Notes: generated by a model not told the origin, from the sequence alone. Counted from the first letter of the stretch, positions 48,036 to 62,647 are shown. The stretch is 64,000 bases of DNA from Paraspadella gotoi (GCA_051294375.1 JBJCIZ010000824.1:1-64000), one strand, 5' to 3'. Translations and numbers: made by a program.

Positions 48036-51000
48036 AGCTCGAGCAGGGTTTTCGTCGTCTGAAACAGGGAAGCAAAACGATTATGGAATATGCTAGACGA
48101 TTTCGTATTTTCTGTCTGAAATTGGATGAAATGGGATGTTGATTCTCAGTCTTTGAAGTTTATTGAGGGTCTGACGGATCGGATGATTGGCGCCGCTTTG
48201 GTATGATCGAATTATACTAGTTATACGTTTAGGGAGCTTCGTGGTTATGTGTGTGGCCTTAGAAATTCTGTGAATGATCGTTCGCGTTTTGGGATGCGGA
48301 TTGACCGACTGAAAGTTTTTTCTGTTGTGGACCAGGATGATGGTTTTCTTTTCGAAAGTGAGGGGAGTGAGGATGATTAAAATAAATCGAAATCTTTTGT
48401 CATGGTTCAATAGAAATTGCGGTACATTGAACTGGCTGAAAAGAAAAACATCGGAAGGAATGTGTGCTGGAATTGTTTTGACGAAGATTACATGGCCATG
48501 AAATGTCCTAAGAAACGATGCTTGTTTTGAAAGAAAGATGTGCAGAAAGCGAAACATTTCTCTTTAGGCTGTAGAATGGCTCCAAATAATTTTACTTCTC
48601 TCTTGAAAGCGAAAAAGAAACCAAACGATGAAAAGAAAGAGAAAGGCGGGAGAGAAAGGAAAAATAAAAGCGGTAAAGGATGACAGTTTTAGCGACGATT
48701 TTGAGGACTACTTGTTCACTGACTCTGACTCGGATTGACTAGAACGGGTTAATAGGGTTAAAGGGGTTCTTATAGAGGATATTGAACGAAAGAGTAAAGT
48801 CCAGCTCGATCAAGGAAGATCTGTTAATCTTGTTTTGAAATGTGGAGTGAAAAATATAAACAATAGAAACGGTTTTCGTGTTATTTGTTTTGAGGTCGAT
48901 ACGGGCAGCGATCGAACTGTAATTTCTAAACAAGAATGCCTAAGATTAAAATTAAACATTCTAAGATTAACTACGCCAAAGATTTTGGTTGGCATAGGAG
49001 GTGAAATATCCTCTTCTGAATATGTTATGATAACATTACAATTAAACAAAATGGAATTGAATGTTTTTGCTTATGTTATGGGAAATGAAAGTCCAACTTT
49101 GTTGGGAAGTGATGTGATGGGATATAATGATTGTAATATTGATTACGTGACTCGTGTTTTGGAAATAAAAGGCGAACGAATGAAATTGTTTGGATCGATA
49201 CGGGAAGCCAAAGACGAAGTTACAAACGATCGAGATGGGAAACAAAACATCACATTCTTTCCACTTACGTCAAAAACACTCGACCCAGCTTGCATCACTC
49301 CGGTTGAAGTGGAGATTAGTGATCACAACTTTGGTGATTGTCTTCATTCCTAAGTGGGTATTGATCCGAAGGATGGGGTTCATGTTTTGGGCGTTACCTA
49401 TGAGAGAAAAGAAAAAGTTTACAGAGTTTTAGTAATGAACAGGAATAAAACAGAAAGGTCTCTGAGAGCTAGGAAGATTATTAGAGAAGTGGTTTTTGAG
49501 GAAACAGATGAATCGAATAGTGATAGGTGATAGATTCAAACGTAAGTTCGACAACTCCGATCAATGTGGACGACTTACCCAAAGGTTCGAAGTTGACTTC
49601 CCATCAAGCGGATGACGTAATGGAGAATGGAGTGAAGTTTTCACCGCCGCCGAAGTCGTCTGCCCCGGATCTTGTTTTCCCGGATTTCGAAATAGATAGG
49701 GAAGCTGAATTGAAGAAAAATAGTTTGAATGAATATTGGCCTGACCGAGGTGAATTTTTGACTCAGTTTGATTGGAAAGATTTGGAGAAAGAATTATGGG
49801 AATTAGGCTCTGAGAAAGCTAATTACTATCTTGAAAAATATAAAGATATCGTTTGGAATTTTAGTGGAGTGTTTTGGGCAGGTAAATGGAGACAAATGAT
49901 AGAGAAGGTGAATCTTCCCCCTGTTGAACTTCCTATAATTAATGATCCTCTACCGACGATTGATAGATATCGACGGCAATCTCCTGCCAAACTTGAAAGA
50001 TTATGTCCAAAAATTATTGAAAGCTGGTATAATTGAGAAAACATTAGATTCTAAATTTATTTTGAATCCTCACATCGTCAGCCGACAAGTTACGAACCCT
50101 GCGACTGGAGAAACACGATTGAAAAATCGTCTGACTATCGATTATCCTTTGGTAAACAGGTTGATTGAGACGCGTGCTTATAGAATGAAATTGATGGATG
50201 ACATTCTGGCTGCTGCAAGTTGCAAGAAGCTGTTTTCTTGCTGTGATGCCACAGATTATTTCTGGCAAATTGCACTTGCGCCTGCGAGTCGTGACCTCAC
50301 CTGTTTTTACGCCGACAATGAGATTTATCGTTTTTGCGTGGTCGCCATGGGCTTGAAGTCGGCTCCGCAAGATGCGCAAAAGGTTTCCGATCATATTGTT
50401 TCAAAAATGGTTGATTTTTGCCGCGTTTTTGTCGATGATTTCATCATTTACAGCATGACCAACGACTTGCATCTGCTGCACATGTAACAGATCTTCGCGA
50501 CTATGAGTTATTTTAATTTGAAGTTCAAGGCCGCCAAAGTTTCGCTTGGACTTAAGAAACAGACGATCCTGTGGTATTGTGTTTCGTTCAAGAGCATTCA
50601 TCGTCTTCCTTCCCACAAAACTATGTCTTTGCCATAATTGAAGCCTCCGGCATCGAAAGAGCAACTTTAGAGTTTCTTGGGACTGCTTGCGTGGTTTTCT
50701 GGTACTGCATTGCTCAGGGACGCTGCTCTGCCGCTGCGAGCGATGGCGAAGAGTAGCGTTTGATTCAAATGGGGCGAGGAAAAGGAGAATGCTTTCCATC
50801 GGTGTGTGAAAATTCTGTTGGACGATCGAACGGGAGTTCTACGATCTGCTGTTGAGGAAGAAGATTTCGTTCTTTTCACGGATGCAAGCCGCACTGCTCT
50901 AGGAAGTGTGCTGTGTCAGCTGCAGCGACCTTCTGATATCGAAGTACTACAGGGTGCCGATCCTGATGAGAAAAGGTTATATTTAATACAATATTATTCT

Positions 51001-52798
51001 AAATCTTTTGCGGGCGGCGATCTTTTGCTTCCTATTTGTCTGAAAGAATTATTTTCGTTGTCCGAATCACTTAAGCATTTCAAACAATATTTACTGGGAT
51101 GCCGAACACATGTTTTTGTTGACCAGAGAGTCGTTTCTTATTGATTAACTATGGATATAGTGAGTGAAAGAGTGGCGAGAGCTTTGAATTATATTCACGA
51201 ATTTGATATAACAGTACGTTTTATACCTTCGACTCTTAATGCTGCCGATCAATTATCGAGGAATCTAGAATCGAGTGAAAATACCTCTAAAATGCCAGAG
51301 GCTAAAAATGTTTTTCAAAATGTCATAATACGAAATTCTCTAGGGGAACAGATTCCCAACGATAATGTTTTCTCTGAGGAGAAACGTAAAGAATTGAATT
51401 TATTTTTCAAAGAGGGGAAAAGAGGGCCCTTAGCTAAGATAAATGAAATAAATTTACAAGAGTCAGATATTTACCCTTTAAACTGGTTTTGGGAAACGGA
51501 GCTGGAATTGGAGTCCGTTGCACGTCAGGGGCCCGCGCAATTGAAGAAACAGATCGAGCAGCCTGCAGCGGGGCAACGACATGAAACATTGGAACCATGT
51601 ACCAAATGTAATTGTAAAGGATTAAGCGAAACGCCAATTGAACATTGTTCTTGTTGTTATAACTGTATAACAAGTACTTATTTTATTAAAGTGACAAGTA
51701 CTAATGATTTACTCTCTAATAAACCTGTATTAAAAACGAATAAAGACTTTGATAATATACAACTTCCTACATTGAAAGAGGACGATAGAGATAAAATACT
51801 GAAATTACAAAGCGATTCATCCCAGATGTCTAAATGGAGAAAATGGATTGACGACAAAGACTCACAACCGAACAAAAGCGATACATTACTATTAGAATCC
51901 CTGGACCTAACGATATTACAACATATCTTTATTTCGGATTAATGATCAAGGCGTTATCTTTCGACTTTTCCCTGAAGAAAATGGCGACATTGATAAGCTC
52001 ATTTTAATTGATACCAAATATTTGACTGAGATAACTGAAAAGGTACATGACGACTATGGACACTGCAACGCGAATACAGTTTTTAAACTGATTGCGAATA
52101 AATACTATGCACCAGGTATGAGACGCCTTATTATTAATAATATTAGAAAATGTCATGTATGTATCAGTTATAATATTAAACCGACAATAAAAGAAAAACC
52201 TTCCACGATGATGCCGATGGGTCCTAGACACATCTTATCTTGCGATATTTTGGGACCTCTGGTGAATTCTCACGGGTTTAGGTTTATTTTCTCTTGCCAG
52301 AGATTCATATATGTAGTAGAGAGTCTTTTCTAATTGCAATTAATCGACTTCTGCCCGAAGACGTGCCCAGGCTTTATGAATGATATTTGAATTCTCATGG
52401 GTTGGACTGCGTTTCCATTGACGGTAAGTGTGATACTCAACATAAAATAAATTGAATAATTTTGAAAAAGTTGGGTGTACAAGTACAACAATGTACATAT
52501 GTTAGTCGACACCAAGCCTACTCTGAACGATTGAATCAAATCTGTCTAATACGTATATTAAAATGGTTAGAGAGTGAGCCTGACTTACGTAAATGGGCGA
52601 AAATTTTGAAGAAGGTTGAGTTTTTGATAAACATGTGTCCTACAATTTTTTTGGGAGGGAAGAGTNNNNNNNNNNTGCGTTTCCATTGACGATAAGTGTG
52701 TTACTCAACGTAAAATAGATTGAATAATTTTGAAAAAGTTGGGTGTAAAAGTACAACAAAGTACATACGTTAGTCGACACCAAGCCTACTCTGAACGA
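48036..52798 (+). pseudogene. Family A copy 5 gag-pol with multiple stops
   Basis: Same proteins as 20563-25700 (EVDTGS, FVDD, FTDAS, HDDYGH) with in-frame stops; gag 5' part replaced by the PLE. Confidence 0.92.
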
Positions 52799-53121
52799 GG
52801 GGCGTTTACCGCCACAGCTCTTCCCCATCCCCGTCGTCCCCTCCTCCTCATCTCCTCGTCATCCCCTCCTCCTCATCCCTCCGGCAACCCTCGGGCCGGG
52901 ACCAAGGAATTCACTCTCAGCTCAGCTCTCCGGGAGTTGGGCAGAATCGCGCTCAACCTACAAGTCGGGGCACAAGAAACCTCCCTCACTCTCTCTCTTA
53001 TTTTGTACATAACCGTCTTTACTATACTTTAGACTTATTAGACTCCATATCTTAAATTACCTCTTTTCCCTAATGAGAGACTAGTTAGTACCTACCTTTA
53101 GCTAGATACCCATCTTCCCAG
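52799..53121 (+). repeat. Putative 5' LTR of an unrelated element (X) inserted in the copy-5 integrase
   Basis: Reverse-complement copy at 56318-~56935; followed directly by TGGCGCCCAA. Confidence 0.65.
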
Positions 53122-53174
53122 TGGCGCCCAATGTGGGGCTCAAACCCACGACCCCAGGATTAAGAGTCCTGTGC
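53122..53174 (-). pseudogene. 3' two-thirds of tRNA-Lys(CTT) including CCA (extended PBS)
   Basis: Minus strand GCACAGGA-CTCTTAA-TCCTGGGGTCGTGGGTTTGAGCCCCACATTGGGCG-CCA; second degenerate piece at 53197-53246. Confidence 0.8.
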
Positions 53175-55582
53175 GCCCAATCAGGCCTCTCTCCTAGGTT
53201 CAACCTACCCCAGGATTAAGATCCCGTGCTTCCGACTTTAACCGGCACCTAACCCACCCAACCCACCCGGGGGCGTTCAAAATTCCTCTCTTTTCTTTTT
53301 TTAACCTCATCTCTTCTATCTATCCTCGACTCAAAACTAACCTGGCATTTTTTTTCGTTTTACCTCAATTTTTTTTTTAATTCCGCACTCAAAACTTTTT
53401 TTAAAACTAACTTACATTTTTTTTACTGCATTTGGTAATGTGGTTACTATTGTAATAAAAAAAATTAGATGTTTTAGCAAACAAAACCGTAACTCTTTTA
53501 CAGATTTGGCGTCTCATCCGTAATTGTGTTAATTATTTCCTTTTACAGAGGGGTACGAAGCCTGTCTCTTGTTTCTTGTTTCACAATTTTTTTAAATTAG
53601 CGAAATAAATCAAACCTTTTTCCTCAGTGACACAAAACTGAATGTAAAAACTATCTCTCCTTTTCTCCAAGTGGACGATAATCTTTAAATTTTTTTCACG
53701 TCGACGACTCCCGCCTTATTTCAACCAATAGTTAAAAACAAATTCTTTTTACAGGTCTCCACATTTTCTTTCTATTCAACTAAATTTTGATTTCACCAAA
53801 TAAATGAGTATCAAAGTAAAGCAAATAAAATTAAATNNNNNNNNNNNNNNNNNNNNNNNNNNNNNNNNNNNNNNNNNNNNNNNNNNNNNNNNNNNNNNNN
53901 NNNNNNNNNNNNNNNNNNNNNNNNNNNNNNNNNNNNNNNNNNNNNNNNNNNNNNNNNNNNNNNNNNNNNNNNNNNNNNNNNNNNNNNNNNNNNNNNNNNN
54001 NNNNNNNNNNNNNNNNNNNNNNNNNNNNNNNNNNNNNNNNNNNNNNNNNNNNNNNNNNNNNNNNNNNNNNNNNNNNNNNNNNNNNNNNNNNNNNNNNNNN
54101 NNNNNNNNNNNNNNNNNNNNNNNNNNNNNNNNNNNNNNNNNNNNNNNNNNNNNNNNNNNNNNNNNNNNNNNNNNNNNNNNNNNNNNNNNNNNNNNNNNNN
54201 NNNNNNNNNNNNNNNNNNNNNNNNNNNNNNNNNNNNNNNNNNNNNNNNNNNNNNNNNNNNNNNNNNNNNNNNNNNNNNNNNNNNNNNNNNNNNNNNNNNN
54301 NNNNNNNNNNNNNNNNNNNNNNNNNNNNNNNNNNNNNNNNNNNNNNNNNNNNNNNNNNNNNNNNNNNNNNNNNNNNNNNNNNNNNNNNNNNNNNNNNNNN
54401 NNNNNNNNNNNNNNNNNNNNNNNNNNNNNNNNNNNNNNNNNNNNNNNNNNNNNNNNNNNNNNNNNNNNNNNNNNNNNNNNNNNNNNNNNNNNNNNNNNNN
54501 NNNNNNNNNNNNNNNNNNNNNNNNNNNNNNNNNNNNNNNNNNNNNNNNNNNNNNNNNNNNNNNNNNNNNNNNNNNNNNNNNNNNNNNNNNNNNNNCCACC
54601 AAGTGGAGGATAGTATTTTTAGTAGAAAATAATTCAATGCCAAGGTGAAATTGAAGGAGAATTTATTTAGTGAAACATCGAAGGGGAAGAAATAATAATA
54701 ATGAGTGCGAGAATAAAATAACAATGACTTTTATATGAACTACTTTGTTTATCAAAGTAGGAATGTAAACGAGAATGGAATTTTAGGCCGGGAGAAATAT
54801 TATTTACATTTTTGTAATTTACTGAATTCTTTCTCCCAATCTTCACTACCTCTTCGCTACCTCGCCCTCTCTCTCATCGATGGTTTCGGATCACGCATTC
54901 TTTTACTAACCCTCCCCTCGTTGACCCGTGAGCCGATCCTCGATCTCAGGATCTCTTTCTCGCTCCTTTTTCTTCACTCGCTCTTCTTCCCGGCCTCCTC
55001 TTCCTTCTCTCCTTTACGCTGCGCCTCTCTTTCCTCATCCCTTCCTCATTCGAGAGAGCAGCTGCGCAGGGAAGAACAGCCATGCTCTGATCAAATGACG
55101 ACTCTCCCACCACTCCTTGCCCCTCACTGGGCCCCTCACTCGATGCTCACCCTCTCTCTCTCCCATTTCGACTTCCAAACCCAAAAAAAAAAGATCGTTG
55201 ATCTCTCCCTTCTCTTTCTCTCTGGATTGCATCGTCACGTGATCAGGCTTCGCTCCCTCTCCCTTCTTGAACATCTCGTCTCTCTCTCTTTCATTTTTTT
55301 TTCTCTCTCTCTTTCCACGGTCAAAAATCTCTCTCTTTGGCTCCTGGCTGGACACTTAACGTCGTCACGTGACTAGGCATCGCTAGGAAACAAAAAAAAA
55401 ACCAGATCTGACTGAGCTCCCTCTCGCCGCTGAGTTTGCCCCCCACTTCTTCTCTCTCTCTCTCTCCCTCTCTCTCTAAAGAGAAAAGGCCGAGACCGAC
55501 GGAGACGGCCATATCTGACCCATTCGACCTATTGACCGATCGACCGGACAGAGACTGACCGGACTCTTTCTCCACTCTTTTT

Positions 55583-55618
<36 letters not shown>

Positions 55619-55840
55619 AAACTTTACTTGGACGAGATCAAACAAGACAAATACAGATTCACTGGATCACTCTAGACCGACAACTACTTTCTTACAAAAT
55701 TTTACCTACGTTTTTGCTGAAGATTTTACTACGATTTCTCTACGATTTATTGGATTTCTCTTAGATTTGATCTCGATTTTGTTATGATTCTTTCTTTTCG
55801 TTGTGTTTGTAAATTNNNNNNNNNNNNNNNNNNNNNNNNN

Positions 55841-56316
55841 AAGTATTATTAGTGAGTTTATCCATAACATTTCTTACTTTTGTACATTCCTGTACCCACT
55901 CTTGATTCCCACTTCAAAGGCTGCGATAATTTACTTTTTGCAATTTCTATTCATATTTAGTTGAATGCCGATAAAATACCAACATCACCTTTCCTCAACG
56001 CTTATGGTTCGATCCGCTGAGGGTTAGAGGATGATGCTGATAAAGTTTCAACAAATTAGTGTATGCAGGGCAAGTCGGATGTTTTTGAGTCCCAATAACA
56101 TGTTTGAACATCTTACTCTATTGCGCATGCTTCCTTCAATAGGGACCATCTCTGGAGTCAATGCCTTTCATTGCATGTCATCGAGTACCTGGAACGGACT
56201 CTTCCCTCCCAAAGAAATGAAAGGACACATGTTTAAATCGAAAACTCAACCTTCTTCAAATTTTCGCCCATTTACGTAAGTCAGACTCGAGCCTCCTCTA
56301 ACCATTTTAATAACGT
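55841..56316 (-). pseudogene. Noisy continuation of the copy-5 integrase, inverted
   Basis: Covers ILKWLE to NTIIL, the part missing between 52798 and 62458. Confidence 0.85.
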
Positions 56317-56317
56317 A

Positions 56318-56935
56318 CTGGGAAGATGGGTATCTTAGCTAAAGGTAGGTACTAACTAGTCTCTCATTAGGGAAAAGAGGTAATTTAAGATATGGAGTCT
56401 AATAAGTCTTAAAGTATAGTAAAGACGGTTATGTACAAAATAAGGAGAGAGTGTGGGAGCGTTTCTTGTGCCGACTTGTAGGTTGAGCGCGATTCTGCCC
56501 AACTCCCGCGAGAGCTGGCTGAGAGTGAATTCCTTGGTCGCCGGCCCGAAGGATGGTTAACTAATTGGATCCCGAAGACGGACGAATAGGTATGGGCGAT
56601 GAATGAATGTTACAGGAGAATCGAGAGGACGACGAGGAATGATCATTCTCCGTCTCACAGATTATTATTACCGTAAATTAATAATTAATTTAATCGTCAT
56701 GGTACTTCTTGGTACATTACATTACTCTATATTCCCGCCCAGACAACTTCCAAGGCCGCCACTTCTTCTCCTCGTTCTCTACACTGTTTCTAGCGCGCGA
56801 CGAGTGGTCCAAGGTCAGGGTCATGCCCGGACAGAGATCATGTCCGCCAAAGAGTGAGAGTCGCGTCAGGGCGGCGGACCGCGTCTGAGATGAGGAGGAG
56901 ACGATGGGAAGAGCTCGTGCGTTGTAACGCTCCCT
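56318..56935 (-). repeat. Putative 3' LTR of element X
   Basis: Matches 52799-53121 with ~350 bp extra inside; purine-rich tract upstream on the minus strand. Confidence 0.55.
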
Positions 56936-59900
56936 CTATCTTGCGCCCCTCTTCTTAACCAAGACGTCCACATGGCCCACAATGCCGTAGGGGGGCTCTG
57001 TCATCTGCTGCGCTTGCGTGAAATGGCGGTCAGAGAGAGATTGGTGCAACGGTAGGTGGCCTGGATTCGAAGGATCGTGAGTTTTCTAGAAGACCAGGTG
57101 TGCGGAAGTTTTCGTGGTTCCAGGAGTAGGATCGGCTTAGCCGTTCAGTGTAAGATCTTCATAACACTTCTAAGCTTTAGACTTAACGAGAAGGGCAGTT
57201 CTTTAAACAAAGGACAAAGCGATGTAGATAGCTGCAGTCTCGGGCAGCTTCGAAGGTATGCGTTCGACGAAGCGGCGAACGCTCGGAGGACTGATAGTCT
57301 AATCCACTTCCTCGTTACTTCAGTTTGGCCTTATGACGAGAGGGGGTTATATTAATCATCTTGTGGGTGTATTATTAAGAGGATTATTGTCGTGATCTAA
57401 TCGACCTTGAATCTGCAGGGAGGTGCTGGTTTATGCGCTTCACGGTTCAGGTCGCTGCACAGTTAGTCTTTGGGACTGCACAGCTTAATCTCCGAGGTCA
57501 AGTCATATGATGAGGGCAGGGTGTTCGGGTAGTGGAGGATTTTACAATTCTCAAAAACGAAGATATCTGTTATACTATGTACATTGATCTACTATATAGC
57601 ATAGAACGGTGCGCTTCACATAATAATTAATGATGGGTAAAGACATAAGAGGACGTTAAGAATTGTGAGGACTTTTTTTTTTCTCACATTGAAATATGTT
57701 TTTTTTTTCGTGTGATAGGTATTTTATCTTGTTTTTTTGGGTAATCATCTAATGATTCACAGGTTCATATTTTATTTATATATATGTTTTTTTTTTTATT
57801 TATTTTTATTTCCTTTTTGTATTTATTTTTTTTATCTTTATGTTACTTTCTTTTTCTGTTTGTTTTATTTTTTTTTTTATGTACAAATATAGCTAGAATG
57901 GTAAATTGAAAGCCTATGACGTGATGGCATCTTTAGTTACCAAACCAAAGGGAACAAAATTACAAATGGATTAAACTTAAGCCTTTCGCAATGTAAATCG
58001 ATCTAAAGGAGAACTACCTCAAAAGTTTGGTTACCATTAATTGTGTTAACTTAGAACTTGTAATCAATGGCGTAATTTTATTTTTAAATGGAAAGCAAAA
58101 GGGAATTAGATAGGGAAAATGAGTAAGGGAAAATCGAAAAATTATAAATATTGATTAATTATGCTAAATCATTGGATTGGAGTATGAGGCAAGTTAACGG
58201 ACGACTGAAGTCCGTAGAAGAACACTAAATGGGCATGAATTTATGTCTTACGGCATATTTGGTTAGATAGTAAGCAAGAATACGTAACGAAAAATTCTCA
58301 AAAGTCTCACCATTAACGGAAATATGAGAAGAGTCAATGTTAGATTACTGTTTGCAATGACTGACAGTACATGTACAGTGCTCATTATGGTTTCATCAGT
58401 TGGAGGATAATAAACGACAAAAGGCTTAATAATGAATAGTGTCAAACGGCTGAATGCCGAGAGGACGGACATGCAAAGCTGTAGGCATTAGATTGGAGGG
58501 GAGACGCATATTCGAGGTAATTATGATGGGGTGAGCACGGCATGGGGGTTCGAAAACCTGCAATTGTGGAGCCGGAGGAATAGTCAAAGAGAGTTCTCTT
58601 GGCGGGTGGCGAGATTTGCAGGAAAGAGGTTGCTGGGTGGATTGTCCCATGGAAGGGGGCTAAGGAAGACCGGAATGTTCGGTGTATGTGACCCCGTCGG
58701 GATTTTCATAGTGTGGGTGCGTTTTCTTTCTTGCTGCCTTCACTTGCTTTGTCATGCGTTTCCATGGCCGCAGGACACCGTCGAACTGTCGCCAATGAGC
58801 TGCAATCGAACAGTCTCTCGGAGGCCAAGACCAGAGGAGTCACCACGCAGATCCTATCTATTGACTGCATTTCAGGCACATTAGTTAAGTGACAAGGAAA
58901 CTTGGGCGCCTAATTGGAAATAAATCGTGAGGCGGCACCAACGCGAAGTGTGAAGTGACAAGAGGTTACATGATAAAGTGAGGAAGGTATTAAAGTGTAT
59001 ATTTGGACCTACGCAAATACTGGCTTATCGTGGTAAGTAAGATTTTCTGATGTATGGGCAGAAGAAGAATAAAATATAATTAAAACTGGGCTTGTTTTTT
59101 ATTTGAAGTGTTTTTGTTTTATTTATTTGTTTTGTTTTTTCTTTCTGGTAAGCCTACAACCGTCATACCTGACAATCCGCAGGGCGACTGGGTTGGCTTT
59201 CTCAATTAAGAATTGATATATTTTATATAATTATTGAAAACTAGGAATTGACGAAGGAGATGCACGTGTATGTGAACTGGTGCTTGACGATTGTACATTT
59301 GCTTTGATTTGTTTTTTTGATATTTTATTCTTTAACAAACAACGATTTGTTTTGGGAAAAGGTGTACATGTTGGATCAATAATTATATTTAAATGTCTTG
59401 TTTTCGTACAGTTATTGTTGTAATCATTAAAAAATGTAATGCTTCTAATATTGACCTTCATCATGTAAATTGTTCCAGTTGTCATGGCCATAATAGAGAG
59501 GGGTCGCCGTGATCTCTGACCGATTGTTGGATAGCCCTACACTCAGTGTGCCCACTGGCCAGTACGGTCGTTCTGGGAGGTATATTCCGTCAGTTGCCTT
59601 GCTTTCCGAAATTCGGTTCCGTGTCGGTAGCCTTGCTACAGGGGTTATCCGGCAGTCAATCTTTGCAAGGTCTTTTGACCAGGGTATAACCTAGGACCAT
59701 TGAGTTCGGAGATGAGCGTTGTATCAACGGGTAGTGATATTACGTCACGACAACCCTTTACTTTTAACTAAATCTAATTGTGTATTTCCTTCACTCTCCT
59801 TCATACTGTCCTTCATGTTTTTTTGTTTTCTTCACTTTCTCTCTCTCTCTCCACAAATGTTTGGCAAAAAAAAGGAGTCGAGAACCAGTACGTTTTATCC

Positions 59901-62647
59901 CCCAATTTAAAAATATTTGTGAATGAGTTACATTTTTTTCATTCTTATGTAGATATTCTCTTGGTTTTCCTCAAATGCTAAATTTTTTCTTCTCCAGGTC
60001 ACGATTCATCGAGCTCTCCTCCGACAAATGTTCAGACCCCCGATGGTGATTTAAGCTCTCTGTGATGACCTATGGTTTACTCCCCGGTAAGTTTGTAACA
60101 TCTTTTTTAACATTTGACACTTCCATAGATTTTTGTGTTAATAAGTGCTATATATGATTTGTAAGTTGGGCTTTGCAAGCGCCTCCTCCTCATCTGGAGT
60201 CGCAAATATTCAGTCTCGGAATTCATTGCAGCGGTCAAAACGCCGTTTGACAAAAAAGCGCGCACTGGGCGGCGTGACGTAGAACGCAGTCGGCGCCTGG
60301 AGAAGCGAATCAACCCAAAGAGAGTGACGAGATATACAATTATTAATATACATTATACAATATACATTTATTATTACATGCATTCAGCGTGTATTCATTA
60401 TAGACGTTTAAAGTAAAAGTAAAACTTACGGGCACGGTGGCGTTTGCGATCTCCCAACTGACGGAGGGCTGCTCGGACCCGTCCTTTTAACATTATGATA
60501 ATGGACGCACTGTGCAGACGATGTGCTTCGCCCGCTGAGCCATGAGACAAGGCTGTGATGACGGTCCATTCGGTGTTTTTTATTCGTACCGCTATCAACT
60601 GCATTATTTAATCATATTTTTAACGTTTATTTATAATTCAGGACGGTCCCTCGCCCTTCGGAGACTGGTCAACGCCGGGGAAGTCGATCCACGCGGACAT
60701 TAACACATCGACTGGAATCTTAGCTTTGAGCATGACGAGCACGGCCTCTCCGGCGCCCGACGCTGGCGACCGCACCGGACCAGTGATTCTGAATGAGGAA
60801 CGCTCCTCACTTCTCGGTTAAAACGGTCACCCGCCTCGGAACGTCCAGTGCTAGTCTCTCGTCATCACTCACTGTTTCGTCGGACGGGGAAGAGAATCTG
60901 GCGAATTCACCTATTTGCGTATCTGTTGAGTGTCCATACCTGAGGTAGTCAGGATCTCTCACGGCGGGAAAATTGCTAAAGGGATGAAAGAGTTTGTTTT
61001 GGATCTTTAAAACATTCGATACCCGACTACACAGAACAAAAAGGTAAGACACAGGGAAATATGTTGTCCCCCTGTAATTGCGTATCTCTGCGGTATAAGT
61101 AGACGGTTTTTTTTATTTTTCGATTCGGTTCCATTCGTGTGGATTTTTTTTTTAACGCTTCGCAGTTTTACATACACCATTGAATGTTCAAGAGCATAAC
61201 ATATATATTACTGCTGGGTTTGATTTTTTTAGAAGCGGACGTTGTACGTTATTATTTATCTAAAAAATATAATGTTTCGACCCGAAGGGCGGAAAAAAAA
61301 ACTGGAGCATTGTTTAATAACACAAATAACAGATCTGATTAGTATACTTAAATAAAAATTCATGCCTGTGTTCAATCCGTTCGTGTAGAGTATACTCAGT
61401 ATTCTTCAAAAAAAAAATTGCTGGCCGTCGTATCGTAAATTTCCAGTTTTGACGTCCTGTTCACCAATATAGGGTTTTCTTTATTGTGCCTGCCTTACAT
61501 AGTATTGAAGATAAACCCCTTTTTCGATCAAATATGGAATTTTTCCGTTCCTGGACATGGGAAGAAACTGGTTTAGAAGCATCCGAAGTTTTTGCGGAGA
61601 GGATGATTTGGCGTAACCTTTTGTTTCGTTAATTAATTATCTTATTTATTTCACGGATTTTATTTTCTTTGCTACAGAATCTAAAATATTTTTTGTAAAG
61701 TTTCAAGAAAGTGGTGTTTGATACGTTAACTACTTTAGGATCTGTATATATTTAGATAAGATGAAAAGGCGCTCTTCTCCTTCAATGACTACTATGTTCG
61801 ATTTTCAGCGGATGTTGAATGATTGAGTTATTTTGCCGCCGCGTTATAAAACCGGCAACAAACACTTCAGTTCTGTTACTGTTGACTGTTTACTTGCGCC
61901 ACAATCCAAAGTAGTTGGCAAAATTGTGGGTTACTAGGAAAAAAATTCTAATTATCCGAAATATGATAAAACCTACAATTTTAAGTAAGTAAGTAAGAAT
62001 TCGGAAATTACTTTTCTACTAATAAATGATTTTCCTTATAATCTTGCAAATTTTCCAACTCTATATCTACGGTATTATGCAATTTTGCCGTGTTTGTCTA
62101 CATAAACTATGCTTTTTCTCCAATAAAGGACTTCTGCAGAGAACTGTGATATATTTAGCCAAAACGAAACATACCAAAGGGGGGTTGGTTTTTGCCATTT
62201 TCACATAATTTTAAAGAGGGTTTCGCGGTGTGACTTTTCTACTAGAACTGCAGACATCGTCTCGGAAAGTTTTTATCCAGTTTCATTCCTTCCATTACTT
62301 CTTTCAGAATAGCATCAATGTAAGCAATAAAAGAATTTTTATTTTGAATTTTCATTTTCTGGTTGCTTTATTTGTTCAATTTGCTGTTACCCGCTCTTTA
62401 GGTTTAGTGCACTTTGTTAAAAATACGTACTGCGGATGAAACATATTTACGTACAATCTTCCTGTTTGCCAATTGATCCGTTCTCATTTAACTAAGGATC
62501 AAGCAATTGATGTTATCGTTAAAATTAATCAGAATTGATAACTTATCTCAAATCGTGAAAACAATTTAACTTAGTATAAGATGGAATAATTTGATGTGTA
62601 AATTTATAATTACCATTGTTATTTTTTTTACTGCGACTTACCAATTG

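Noticed and set aside
53804-54724. Long ORFs in the track
   Set aside because: They are N-gap translations.
54735-55620. ORFs inside element X as gag
   Set aside because: GA/CT-rich noisy sequence with no capsid or zinc-knuckle motif.
61272-61292. Hairpin plus GAAAC on the minus strand as a hammerhead
   Set aside because: No CUGANGA core upstream.
62591-62647. Signal-peptide-like MCKFIITIVIFF on the copy-5 SGNH
   Set aside because: Not preserved in frame in the young copies (upstream stop); it coincides with the T-rich acceptor-like tract.
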